A DNA stretch of 64,000 nt, from the NCBI GenBank assembly GCA_949358305.1, contig OX442314.1, forward strand, positions 30,318,001 to 30,382,000, written 5' to 3'. Below the pieces are notes generated by a model, which saw only the letters and a program-made list of their open reading frames with translations, had not been told where the DNA came from and searched no databases. A program made the position numbers and the translations under genes. Positions 12,617-29,866 of this stretch are shown piece by piece; position 1 is the stretch's first letter, and every line of letters starts with the position of its first letter. This DNA comes from Strigamia acuminata. Lineage: Eukaryota.

Positions 12617-15600
12617 ATGCTGATCCGATCGTCCAAGCGGTTTGTATTCTACGGAGCGGGACTTCTAGGCTTTACCTTCTTCATCTACCACATGCAACAA
12701 CCATGCAATGAACTCCTCCGAAAATCATCCTCCGATGTCACCATACTAAAACCCGTAAACAAAAAAAAAACCCACAAAATTAAAATAACCCTAACTCCAA
12801 TTTCCAAATTTAATTCCAGGGGTACGTTCACGGCCCGCAAAACAAGAAATACACATACGACGTGAACACGCCGCTGATCTTCATCGGCGGGATGCCGCGA
12901 AGTGGCACAACCTTAGCCCGGGCGATGCTCGACGCCCACCCGGACATTCGGTGCGGCGAGGAAACTCGTGTCATCCCGAGATTGCTTCAAATGCGCCACC
13001 AGTGGCTGAAATCCACGAAGGAATCGGCTCGATTAGTCGAGGCCGGCCTCGATAACGAGGTGATTTGTGTTTGTGTCGCGCGTAATGAGGAATGATTGCG
13101 CTGGTGACGTCAATTGGTGTTGATGTTGGTTTGTTTGGTTTTATTTTTAGGTTTTTAATGGATTTTTGTTCGTTTAGGTTCTTAATTCGGCGATGGCGGC
13201 GTTTTTCCTGGAGGTTATAGCGCGGCACGGCGAGCCGGCGCCGAGACTGTGCAACAAGGATCCGTTTACGTTGAAATCGGCCGTTTATTTGTCGCAGTTG
13301 TTTCCGAATTCGAAGTTTATTTTTATGGTGCGGGATGGACGTGCGACGGTGCATTCGATCATTACAAGACATGTTAGTATGGTTTTTTTGGGTTTTTGAT
13401 GATAAAATTGAATTTTTATGAGTTTGTTTGATGAAGAATTGGATTTTTATGGGTTTTTGGTGAAAAAATTGATTTTTTTGGGTCTTTTTGAAAAATTGAA
13501 ATAATTTGGATTATTTTGTGGTTTTTTAATTGAAAAATTGAAATAATTTGGTTTTATTTTAATATCTTAATGTAAAAAATGAAATAATTTGGTCTTATTT
13601 TTTTTTTCCTTGAAAAACTGAAATAATTTGGTTTTATTTTGGTTTTTAATTAAAAAAATTGAAATAATTTTATTTTATTTTGGTTTTCGATTGAGAAATT
13701 GAAATAATTTGATTTTTTTAATTGAAAAATTGAAATAATCTGATTTTTTTAAATTAAAAAATTGAAATAATTTGATTTTTTTTATTAAAAAATTGAAATA
13801 ATTTGATTTTTTTAAATTAAAAAATTGAAATGATTTGATTTTTTTTATTGAAAAATTGAAATAATTCGGATTTCTTTGTATATTTCTTATGAAATAATGA
13901 AATCCTTTTTGTCTAGGTAACAATTTCGGGTTTTGATTTGACGGATTATCGCCAGTGTCTGACCAAATGGAATGCTGCTGTGCAGCTTATGTATATGCAG
14001 TGTAAAGAGGTCGGACCCGAGCGTTGTTTGCCTGTATACTATGAACAACTGGTGCTGCATCCGCGGGAACAAATGGACCGCATATTGGAGTTCCTAGCCG
14101 TTCCGTGGAACGAATCTGTGCTTCACCACGAAGAATTCATCAACAAACCGGGCGGAATTTCGCTTTCAAAGTAAATATTCAAGTCGGAAGTGCGAGAAAC
14201 GGCGAGGCTAGTGCGCTGTTTTTCTTACGTAATGATAATTAGTTGGTTATTTTAATCTAATTACACACTGGGTAAAAAATGGGGAATTAAGTTGTTATAT
14301 GATCGTTAACTGGATGGAATTGAGTTGTGCAGGTGCACGTGTGTTGCGCTTGTAAGGATTACATTCATTAATATAGTTTCCTCGTGTGAGAAACGATGTT
14401 GTAACTACAAATTGGTATGATTTGTGACTGCAGTCTAAGCTCATTATAATGAACCGCAATATAACGAATTTCTTGTTAAAACAAATCGTTAAAAATGGCT
14501 GGGTTGGTTGGTTGGCTGTAGAACAAGATGTTAAAAAAATTTTGATTAACTGAACTTGTTATAACGAACCGATTACTCGAGTCCCTGCGATTTGTTATAA
14601 CGAGGCTCGACTGTATAGCTACAAATTAGTGAAAATTATCTAAAAATTTGTGAAAATTATCTAAAAATTTGTGAAAATTATCTAAAAATTTGTGAAAATT
14701 AGCTAAAAATTGGTGAAAATTAGCTAAAAATTGGTGAAAATTTGCTAAAAATTGGTAAAAATTGGTGAAAATTTGCTAAAAATTGGTGAAAATTTGCTAA
14801 AAATTGGTGAAAATTTGCTAAAAATTGGTGAAAATTTGCTAAAAATTGGTGAAAATTTGCTAAAAATTGGTAAAGATTTGCTAAAAATTGGTAAAAATTT
14901 GCTAAAAATTGGTGAAAATTTGCTAAAAATTGGTGAAAATTATCTAAAAATTAGTGAAAATTATCTAAAAATTGGTGAAAATTTGCTAAAAATTGGTGAA
15001 AATTATCTAAAAATTGGTGAAAATCACAAAATTTTGTAAAAATTGAAAAGTGTTTAAAAAAAAAACACCCAAAAAAAACAAAAAATTACCTCAAAACCTC
15101 AAAACAAAAATTTAAAAAACACATTTCTATCCCCAACACTCCCACACACCATTAATTCTCCGAACAATACCAACCCCGACCGAAACACCATTAATTATAA
15201 TAATAATAAAAAATAATAATAATAAAAAAAAACCACCACTTCTTATACGTACAGCCATTGCCTTGATTTATATCGATCAAATGACGCCACATCCTCTTAA
15301 AGTTGATCTATGTTTTTGTTTTCCTCGAAAAGAAAAAAAAAAACCTAATTCTTCCTCCCATACATCCCATGAATTATTCACATCCCTTTTCCGCCACACA
15401 AAAAAAAAGAAAAAAAAAAAAAAAAAAAATCCACCACTCCATATTAATCAAATCACCAAAACAAAACAAATTCCAACGCCACCCCACCAAGGGTCAACGA
15501 AACCGACCCCTCAATAATTTCTCCATCTGGCGCTAATCCAAAAAATGTCGTTTCAGAATGGAGAGGTCGACGGATCAAGTGGTGAAACCCGTGAACCTGG

Positions 15601-15884
15601 ACGCGCTCTCCAAGTGGGTCGGACACATCCCCGACGACTGCGTGCGCGACATGGGCAGCGTCGCGCCCATGCTGGCCACGCTCGGCTACGACCCGCTCGG
15701 CAACCCGCCCAACTACGGCAACCCGGACGCGTTCGTCGTGGACAACACGAAGGACGTGCGCGACAACGCCAGTCGCTGGAACAAGGTGGCCGACGACGTG
15801 GTCGTGGCGAAAAAGTACCCGAACAACGTGGACACCAAGCGGATGATCAAAGACCAAAGCGAGGAGCCGCGCGTCGCTCGTTGA
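12617..15884 (+). CDS. TPST: Protein-tyrosine sulfotransferase, 384 aa, exons 12617-12754, 12820-13059, 13178-13372, 13917-14170, 15557-15884
   Basis: N-terminal type II membrane anchor; [15 protein letters not shown] (5'-PSB loop); [29 protein letters not shown] (3'-PB); [16 protein letters not shown] introns are in phase. A probable non-coding 5' exon ends at the donor at 11170. Confidence 0.96.
14431..14613. mobile_element. Pogo/Tigger-like MITE (CAGTC... TIR family) in TPST last intron
   Basis: Ends CAGTCTAAGCTCATTATAATGAA and GTTATAACGAGGCTCGACTG form imperfect TIRs. The internal sequence is shared, in inverted orientation, with the copy at 16546-16987. Confidence 0.65.
14620..15030. 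repeat. 21-bp minisatellite (AAAATTGGTGAAAATTTGCTA)
   Basis: Tandem copies in TPST intron 4; source of the KIGENLL ORF. Confidence 0.95.
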
Positions 15885-16233
15885 CGCGCGCAAAAAAAGT
15901 CTCACTTTTTCCAAATAAAAAGAAGAAATATTCCATTTTATTTTTTTATACTTCCGGAAAATGTCGTGCCAATTGACGCCATGTTGGGAATTGTGTATTT
16001 TTGTTTTGTTTTTTATTTTTAACAAAATAGTTTGTGTTATTTGGTAAATGTTGATGGATGATGAAATAATCTGGTACAAATTTTGACTCGTTTCTAGTCA
16101 TTAAAAGGGGGATAGAAAAAGGTAAAATGAAAGACGGTTTGTGTAATGTTACGCCATTTGTATAGTGTTGACTAAGGGAGAGATAAGAGATAGACGTTTG
16201 GGAGAAAACGAAGTGTTTTTATTGTAAATAAGT

Positions 16234-20383
<4,150 letters not shown>

Positions 20384-20656
20384 CACAGGTTGAAATCGCA
20401 GACCAGAATAGCCTATTAGCATAAGTTTCTTCCCCACAATTCCTCGGTGTTTTTACACAGATTTATTTAATCGTGTGAATCACATTCGTTTGTTTTCCTT
20501 GTTGAGTGTAATGGAGGCTAATGCGCTGGATTTCCCCGGCCAATTTCCAGGATTAAATTTCCACGATAACATTCCAAGGAAAAGCAACGGAAACTTGATG
20601 TGTGATATCATTTTCTCCGCTGTTTACGAAACGGTTTTGGTTGACTTTTGGTACAA

Positions 20657-20722
20657 GCCGCCATCTAGTGACGATATTTTACATCGTAATGTTTATTTGT
20701 GTCTGTGATCACTAGATGGCGC
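20657..20722. promoter_or_regulatory. Pair of divergently oriented CTCF-like motifs upstream of ASL
   Basis: CGCCATCTAGTGA (20659-20671) and TCACTAGATGGCG (20709-20721) are perfect reverse complements and match the CACTAGRKGGC CTCF core. Confidence 0.5.
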
Positions 20723-23700
20723 GCGGTGCTTTGTAATGGCGGCGATTGGAGCTGAAACAACGATTTTGGATTGAAAAATGCAAATTTATCATTTGTTTAT
20801 TTATAAATTACCCGTCACATGAATTGATGTGTATGTGACGCACAAATTGTTTCTTGTCAAATGTGATTTCAAGTGACAAAGAATCGGACTATTTTCAACT
20901 TAGCTCCCAATTTATTTTTACTTGTCTGCAACACTAGCTCAAATCTAAATTTATGACTCTTTATTCAACAAAAAACAAAATAAAAACCCAATCTAATTTT
21001 ACCTATAAATTTCCATTTAAAAAAAATTTAAATTTTTCACTTAAAAAAAAAATTATTTCTTTTTTCTAATTAAATAAACCTGCAAAGAATCAAATAAAAA
21101 AAATTAATCAAAATCATTTTGATTTTATTTTTCATATTAGTCCCCCCCACACTGTGCCAGCTGTTGTACTTTTCAAAGTAAAATTAAAAATTGTGTTTAA
21201 TAAATATCTCTATTAATTTCTAATTAAAAAAAATAAAAATAATAAGTTTAAAAATCATTTCTTTAATTAAAATTAACAATTTCCACTCTGAACACCTTGG
21301 TGAATCATCAGTCCTAATTTAACATAAACAAATTCTACGCCAAGTAGTTTCTTCGTTATCCCTAATTCGACTACCGTTCATAAACAGTAAATACAATTTT
21401 TACATCATATTTACTTGACTTTCCGGTATAAAATAAATACGAATTACAAGCAGTGTAAATCACGAATTAACTTCATCGCATCAAATGCATCCGTATTAGT
21501 CTTTCCAAAGATCACCATATCGTCCATGATGACTCGTCCGTAAGTCTATATACTCATTCATATGTACAAATACTGTAATTAAATTACTGGTCTGGTTTTG
21601 GGCCCCGACAGGAAGTTGACTATACATCCTCTCAAAAAATCCACCCAACTAATGGACTGTATCTTAAAGATCATCTTTTTTCATGGGAAAAGATTCCTCC
21701 TCCTTTAATGTCTGTTCTCAACAAATCAAAACCTCAAAAAAACAAAAAACAATTTAATTCGTATTAAACTCACCACAATTTGTCCGCACATTGTGAATAA
21801 CATCATTATTTACATCACAAACTCTTGTTTTTGTGGTGACCCCTGGGGACCCTTGGGGACCTCTTGGCATGTTGACACAGATCTCTGGCAACGAACATCT
21901 GCCGCTTCGTATTTGATGTGCATTCGCCGCCATTTTGGGAGAAAAAATGAACGAATTTTTAAATTTTTTTTGGTTTTGTTTTGGAGAACAATTAAAATTC
22001 GACGTATCTACACGTGAAATGAGTGATGGGTGTCATTGATGGGACTCATGAGGGGTCCAGTGACGTGTGCAGGCCAAATCTGTGTCAAAGTAACCTAATT
22101 GGCGGGTCATTCATCACAACTATTATGGGAGGCTGTAATCTTTCACTTGTGACACGGCTGGTAATTAAGAACATCGCACGAGTCACTCGTGCACTTGCAC
22201 ATGGACTGTACGTCGAATGTGTGTGTGGAAAGCAATGTAGAAATTAAGTCGAGGTGGAAATTTGGTTTGGGCGTGGATTTTACGCGGATTTTTAGGGTTG
22301 GATCTGCGGGGAATGTCAATTTGTAGGCCTAATGCAGCTGCGGGTGCGGTACATGGCGGTTCAATTTTTCTGTGTTTATATTTTGTAGAGTTTTTCTGTG
22401 TAAAATGTGGGGTCAGTTTTATGAATGTCGAGATTTGATTTGTGTGTGTCGTTTTTGCACTGGCTAACTGAGTTTAATTTTTGTAAGAAATCAAATCGGT
22501 CGGGAATTTGAGTTATGATTTATGTCAATTTTACAGAGATTATCTGTGGAAAATCCGTGTGAATTAGAAATAAAGGTTTTCTGTATAAAAAATAAAAAAA
22601 TCTGTGTAAAGTTTGTAATATAGAAATAGATTTTCTCTGTAAAATGTGCACAGATGCAGATTTTAATTGTAAAATCTGTGTAGAAAGTAAAATCAGATTT
22701 TATAAGTGCAAAATTTGTATACGAAAACAGATTTTCTGTGTATAATCTGTCCAACAACACGGATTTTCTGTGTAAAATCTGTAGAGGAATAAAAAAAAAA
22801 ACCCGATTTTCTTTGTAAAATCTGCATACAGTACAGTAGACAGTAAAACAGATTTTCTGACAAATGAGTACAAAATTTGAATAGAAAAACATACTTTCTT
22901 GTAAAATCTGTACAAAAACACAAATTTCCTTCAAAACACAGATTATCTCTGTGTAAACTATCCAGAAATGCAGATTATTTCTGTAAAATCCATCCAGAAA
23001 CACATTTTCCGTGTAAAATCCATACAATAATAAAAAAAAAATTTCTCAATATCAAATCTGTACACAGAATACCAATGTCAGTCATTCTGCTGCGATGTAA
23101 CAACTCCTATACAAACACCAATTTCACACAAATTTCCCCCCACATAAACCAACCCCAAACCATTTTCTCCACCAAAAACCCCAAAAACCAAACCCCAAAA
23201 CCAACATCCACGTCCAAATCGCCCAAAACCAACCCAAACCAACTCCAAACCAACCAAAAACACATCCCAAAAAGCAAAACTTTCATTTGGGCACCAGCTG
23301 TGGCGCCTGTGCTGTCCATGATGGATGCGTACGTAATTGGCTGTTGGTGCCGCTTACAGCATTCGGTGCAGGTCACGACTCGCCTCCAAATCCTTCTCAT
23401 TCGCTTCACAATATTTAATTCCCAACTCGCACTTACCCAACATTCCAGAATGTTATCCAAAAACCCCCAAAAATCTCCCTTTTAGCCCACAATCCAACAC
23501 TTCTCGCCTTCCCTGTCACTAATCCATCAGCATGGCGACACCAAGTCGCCCACTGATGCAAGTCAGGTGTGTTGGAGGACCCTGTGGCCACCCCAAAGCC
23601 AAAAGCGCGGTCCGAAAGGCTAATGAACACAAATGAACCGCCCCTACATCATCTGACCCCTCCTCCAAGACCCCAGTGTGTTTTAAAACGCGAAATTTCT

Positions 23701-26512
23701 CTCACTCGCACCATATGGTCAGCAAGCTTGACCGGAATGGTCTTTGCAGGCCAAGCGAGTAATTGAAACCATTGCAGGGGTCAGAAAAAGTGGTGATAAC
23801 AGAGTCACGGTGAGTGGCCAGTAGAAATCGAGGATTAAATGGGATTTTTGGTGGTCAGATGTGGTGTTTTTAATTTTTTTTGTGGGGGTTGGGAGTGTTT
23901 GGGTGGACAAAGGGGGAAAAATTGGAGGAGGGATTTTTGTATTTTTGTGGATTTTTATCGGCGTGTTAATTACTACAAGGTGGCGGGGCCCATTATTCAC
24001 CTAGGCAGACCTAGGCCACATTAGTTTTATGTTTCATGGGTGAGTCTTGTGAAAATGGAGAGCCCGGCCGCCATTTTTCACAGAATAGTTCAACCCCACG
24101 AGCTGCGGCGTCGTTGAAAATTGAAACTGCGTCGAATTGTCGGCTACAGGAGCTAATGAGAAGCGAATACTCGCACTCCGCAACGTGACCGCAGTCTGTA
24201 CACGTCCAAGTTTGTGCGACTTAAAAGTTGCGCAAAGTCGTTTTGGTGGAAAATAATTGTTAATTTTAATCATCGTGTGGTTTTTTTAATTGTTTTTATT
24301 TGTTTTCGTGTTGTTTTTTGGGGTATTTCTTTTCTTTTTTTAATTTTTTAATTTTTTTTTAATTTTTTATTTTTTTAAAAAATTATTTTCTTTTTTTTCT
24401 TCTTTTTTTTTCTTATTATTTTCTTTTTTTCGTATTTTTTTATTAGTATTTTTATTTTTCATAAATATTTCGTATTTATTTCGTATTTATTTCGTTTTTT
24501 ATCTTATTATTTTTATTTTTCGTTTTAATTTTTTATTTTCGTTTTTTATCTTATTATTTTTGTTTTTCGTTTTTATTTCTTTATTTTCGTATTTTTTTCT
24601 TTTACTTTTCAATTTTTTTTTCTTATTTTATTTTTTCGTGATTTTTTCGTACTTTTTTCGTATTTTTTTCATCTTTTCGTATTTTTTCTTATTATTTTCA
24701 TCTTTTCGTATTTTTTCATATACTTTCATTTTTTTTGGAATATATTTCGTATTTTTCTCATTATTTCCAATCATTTGTATTTTTTTGTAATTTAAAAAAA
24801 AAATATAATATATTTTTTTAAATTATTTAAAAAAAAAATTAAAAAATTAAACGTTTTCGGGGTTGAAATTGGCGGCGAGGAAATTTTACGAGTCCCCAAC
24901 CGAAGTTGTCAGTTTCCCCCTCCCGCAGAGAAACCCAGGGTTAGGGTGATCAGCGGGGCACTTTGTAAATATAGAAATGTAACCCGATACAAGGGCGGAC
25001 ATGTTGAACCGACCAGGGCCAACATTTTCCAATTAAGCCATGTCACCGCAAGGGCCAGCGGAAATACCTTTGTAGAAATCACACGACAACACTTACAACC
25101 AAAATCAACAAATATCAATTGCACAAAATATACAACCCACATATTTAAAATTTAAAAAAACAATAATTTGACGTCAAATCCTCACAAGCGCAAAATGGGT
25201 CCCAGAAGCTCATTTGGGGTCCCAAAACACCACAAAATGTTCCCTACACTAAAAAAGGGCCCCAAATTGCTTCAAATTGTGGCAAAAATTAAAAAAATGC
25301 CTCTAACGAATAAAAAAGGGCCCCAAAAACATTTTTAGGGCCCCTGGCATACATTTTGGGCCCCCTATTATTTATTTGGGCCCCAAATTGCTTCAAATTG
25401 TGTCAAAAAAATTTTTAAAAATGCCTCCAATGAACAAAAAAGAGCCCTAAAAGTGTTTTTGGGGCCCCTGGCATACATTTTGGGTCCCCTAATATTTATT
25501 TGGGCCCCAAATTGCTTCAAATTGTGTCAAATTTTTTTTAAAAAATGCCTCCAAAGTGTTTTTGGGTCCCCTGGCATACATTTTGGGCCCCCTACTATTT
25601 ATTTGGGCCCCAAATTGCTTCAAAACGTGGCAAAACCCTAAAAAAAAAACCTACACACCCAAATTGGGCCCCACCAGTGCTTTTTAGGGCCTATTGTGGG
25701 CCTTTTGAATCGAAATGAATGAAACCTAACTGCGATTTTTCGCATAAAAGTATGAATTGTAACAAACAAAGCATAATGTTATTATTTTGGTTAACAGGAT
25801 TAGCAGCACGTGTCTGAGCATCTTGAACTCGTAACGAACGGAAATTGTCCTCATTAAATCTTCTAAGTGACGAAGTAAACATCTTCTTCGTGTATATATT
25901 TCAAGTGCGAGCAATAAATTTAGTCACCAGTTAAACTCGGACCTCCCGTACGATCAATACTCCGACGGAGAAGAAAAAAATCATAAAAATGCAACCGAAT
26001 TATAATGAGATAATCCAAATTATTCAAATGGCGACACCCAGCACTCATTGCAGATGCTTATCTGCAGTCAATATGATGTAGTGCGATTTTATTACTCGAA
26101 AAAACGCGGATAGTCAACAGTGTGGCATGAATTATTAGCCCTACATTGGCCCTGAATTTGAGTTCTGAAAACTCTCGACATCAATTTGGGTTTTCGGTGA
26201 CATTTTTCCACTTAGGGCTGGTGTCCAGATGCGTTTTCTTTTCTGATAAAACTAAGAAAGCAGCATGTGCCACCAACCATATAGATAAAGCAAACCTTGC
26301 AAGGTATGTTGGGAAGATTCCTCTATGGCTTCATTATAATTTATATCTTACATGGGGAGTTTTTGGATTTGGTGTGGACCGGAGTCAGGTCGTTAGACTG
26401 AGGAAATATACAGAGGAATGCATCCCAAAATACTTTTAGAGATAAATTAGTACTAAATGGTAATGTCTTACTTGTAGGTGACCAGGATCAAAAGAGATGA
26501 ACAAGCGGAGGG

Positions 26513-27005
26513 TTTTTAGACTTCTATAAACCTGATGTTTAGAAAGTCTATTAAAACGGTCATGTCCGTCTGTCCGTCCGTATCCATATCTCAAAAATTA
26601 TAGCAGGTAGAGCCAAACGGGCAACGGCAATGAACTCAGCACACCTGTATTAGGTTAATAAGGTCTTTTTGTATTTTTCCGACCTCCGGTTTAATTAATA
26701 AACTGGTTTTACTAGACTTTTAGCCGTCTATTACAGACTGATACCGGAAATGACGTATTATATTACATCAATGGTCAGCTCCTATTGGCTGTAACCACAC
26801 AACGTTTATCGGACGTATCAAAATGCGCGTGTTACGTCCTCTGGCGACGTGTTGTCGCCCGTCTGTGCATTTCTCGAACCTGAAAACTCCACATCGTTTT
26901 CTTTTATTTTGGTATTTTATTTAGGGACAGACGGACAGAAAAGTGCAGAAGGGGTTTAGAAGTCTAAGATGTAATTCTTCCATGCATTACAGATATTTAC
27001 TTGTT
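26513..27005 (+). mobile_element. DINE-1/HINE-like non-autonomous Helentron
   Basis: Subterminal inverted repeats TTAGACTTCTA (26516) and TAGAAGTCTAA (26957), a GTCC/GTCT microsatellite near the 5' end, a short 3' stem-loop and a CTTGTT end. A related 5' fragment is at ~53957-53998. Confidence 0.6.
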
Positions 27006-27738
27006 CTTCTCTTGCTGCTAACGGTAAGTGTTCGAGCTTCGACATTTCAAAGTTGCAGTGCAATGCAGGATAAAGATGTTAATTTTTAGGCTTTTGCATA
27101 GTCAAATGGCAGATACCCCTGTAATGCAAGGGCAAGGTGATCAGGTTTTGGAAGTAAAAAGCCGGGACACCCGTTAGCGGAACAAAATTGGGGAACCGGA
27201 AACAATCTCTCTGCGGCTTCCTTCGAATGCTGGAATCAGAACTGCCAACGTATTTCGGTTGAAATGTAAACCAGTGTTCTTTGGTGTAAACATTTTAAAC
27301 TCCATCTTGTTCTTAATAATCAAGAAGTCGTTGACTTTAACGTGTATAATTTTGACACAAATTAAACCAATTAAACTACTCTTCCGAGCAATTGATCGAT
27401 TTTTAAAATCCGAGACGTTTTTCCATCCCGAGAAATTTTTCGGGACACGAGACAAAGCATCCAAAACTGGGAAGTCTGGTCACCCAGTACGAGGGGCAGA
27501 TTGACCATATACGGGTGATCGAGCAAGTCTCGACAGACCGTCTTTTAGATCAGGGCTTCTTAAACCTTTTCCACTCGCGACCCCTTTTTGCCCGAGAAAT
27601 TTTTATGCGTGTCATCTAGCGCGAAAAAAATCAACCGCGAAACGAATCTACCGCGACTATGGAAACTGCGACTACGTATATTTTAGGTTTAATTCCTAAG
27701 AAGGGCTAACAACATTTCTTATGCGTATCACTTTAGTT

Positions 27739-27925
27739 TTATTAAAAAGAATTAAATGACAATATTAAAATACGCTCGTCTTTCCAAAGGCCTTTCCAAA
27801 TAGATTAGCATAAAAGACTGGTTGAATTCACAAAACATTACAAACCACTGAAGATGGCTGGGAACAGCCGAAATGCCTTTTGAAAGACGTGCGTATTTTA
27901 ATTGTCATTTAATTCTTTTTAATAA
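27739..27925 (+). mobile_element. Penelope-like element remnant: inverted repeat with a minimal hammerhead ribozyme motif
   Basis: ~56-bp inverted arms at 27739-27796 and 27870-27925; CTGAAGA-T-GGCTG-GGAA-CAGCC-GAAA at 27848-27873. Confidence 0.6.
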
Positions 27926-29866
27926 TAATGGTCATTATACCCCATGAGGAGTCGGTGATGGGAGAAAAGTCTACACCTTTATAATTAAAAATAAGTATAA
28001 AAGCAAATTTTATTCCAAAACATAAATAATTGAAAGGAAAGAACAACACAATTCCAAATAAAAAATCAAAAAACAAAAAAAACAATACTCTTCTTTGTAA
28101 CTTTTAAAATAGACCCACAAAAAACTCAATTTATCCAGACTTTGATCCCCAAACAACACCTCTGCATTCTATGACCTCTCACAGTCTCACAATATACATG
28201 TATTGTAAAACATCACGAGTGCAAGCAGCGACAGAGTAGCGAATGACAGCCAAGTATCATTAAACCAAGGTTTATAGTCAATTAAATCACTCGTAAGATC
28301 CACCGAAAACGTCTCTCAAACCTCTCCGCACTCTTCTTTGAATCGCACGGTGAAATGAAATCCGATTAAAACCTCCACGACCCTTTCTCCCTTTTATTCC
28401 CAGCGATGGCGATGGCGGCGGTCGTCGTTATGATAAAAAATTGAAAGATCATGTGACGCGATATGAAGGAATGTGATTGGCTGGCGCAGTTTAAAGCGTA
28501 TACCATAAAAAGACGCAAAAAGCTGGTCGGTTGAATAGTGAACTGAGAAGCCGTGCTCGGATAGCGGTTCGTAAATTACCACTCGAAACCATCTGGCGGT
28601 GTAATAGGCAACCGACTACCAATTACATACTCGCCATTAGAATCTAACCTAAGGCCATGGTGTCCTTTTAACTAGAGATGAGCAAATAAATAATAGTATA
28701 GTTTAAGTATGTGAGTGAAAAGTCTGGAAAAATTAGTCTGGTAATGAGTTGGATTGGTGTCGAATAGCAGCCGGAACAGATGCTCACGGAGATTGGACAT
28801 TGGACAGGAAAAATTATGTTTTATGTAGGATGTTAGTGCCGAAAACTGAACTGGGAAACAAAATATTGGAAATTTCATCTGTTTAAACTCTCTCCTTTGG
28901 TTTTGAGAAAGAAAAACAATGGTGGGAAGAAGGGGAATTGAAATTAAACTGGATGTGTGGGAATGTTTAGCATTTTTTGAGATTTCCAGTTCAGTTATAA
29001 ATTCAAAAATGAACTAGAAAAAAGAAATATTTAATAAATTTCATTGGATACCAATACCAACAAAATATTAGTTTCTGTGTCTGTGGTTTTTCGTGTTTTT
29101 CAACTAGCAAATTGTGGCTCACTTGTTTGAGCAGAATTATGGCTTTACTCACGTTTTATGAGGTGGATGCATCGCCTGAATGCAGTGTGGCGATTGGAAA
29201 GTTTGACCCCGCGATCCAATAACTTTTGTGACAGCCATTTTGAATCTGATTGTGGAAGCTAAAACCTGACATTGGTAAACCACTTCAAAATCAACTCCAG
29301 CGTGGTTTTTGTTTTTGCAGTTTTTAATGATGGGTTTTGACTGATTTTGATGTCCATTTTGTTTGCAGAAACTCCATCAACCGTAAAAACAAACGCTTTG
29401 AATGCACCAAACGTGAAAAGAAGAAAAATTGAAATGAAACGGGACTCGCACGTATCGTAAGTTTTCCATTTTGAAAAAAAAAAAAAAATTTCAGTTCACT
29501 TTTGAATTCAAAACTGAACTGGAAAATAAATTTCACCATTACTAACCATATACTAACAAAACAATAATTACATTCAAAGTGTCTATTTATGTGGTTTTTG
29601 GTGTTACTGTACAAACGGTAAAAACAGAATACGAAAACAGGCTCAACTGTGCGTGAAACATTAGAACAATCGGAAGTTATCGTCCCCGATCTAACCAACA
29701 CGTCAGCCATCTTGAATTCGGTTGTAAAAACTAAAACCAGGCATAAACGAAAAAAAAACAAACAAAAACCATGAATTGACCAACAAAATTTAATAATAAC
29801 CTTAAAACAAGACAAAAATGACACAAAACAGTAAGGAATTAATTCACCCCGTAGTATTTCCCACCT

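Noticed and set aside
20400..29800. Short ORFs and exon-like fragments between ASL and Pax1/9
   Set aside because: I could not build a consistent spliced frame or recognise a domain. The region is more plausibly regulatory or repeat DNA, although a non-coding transcript cannot be excluded.
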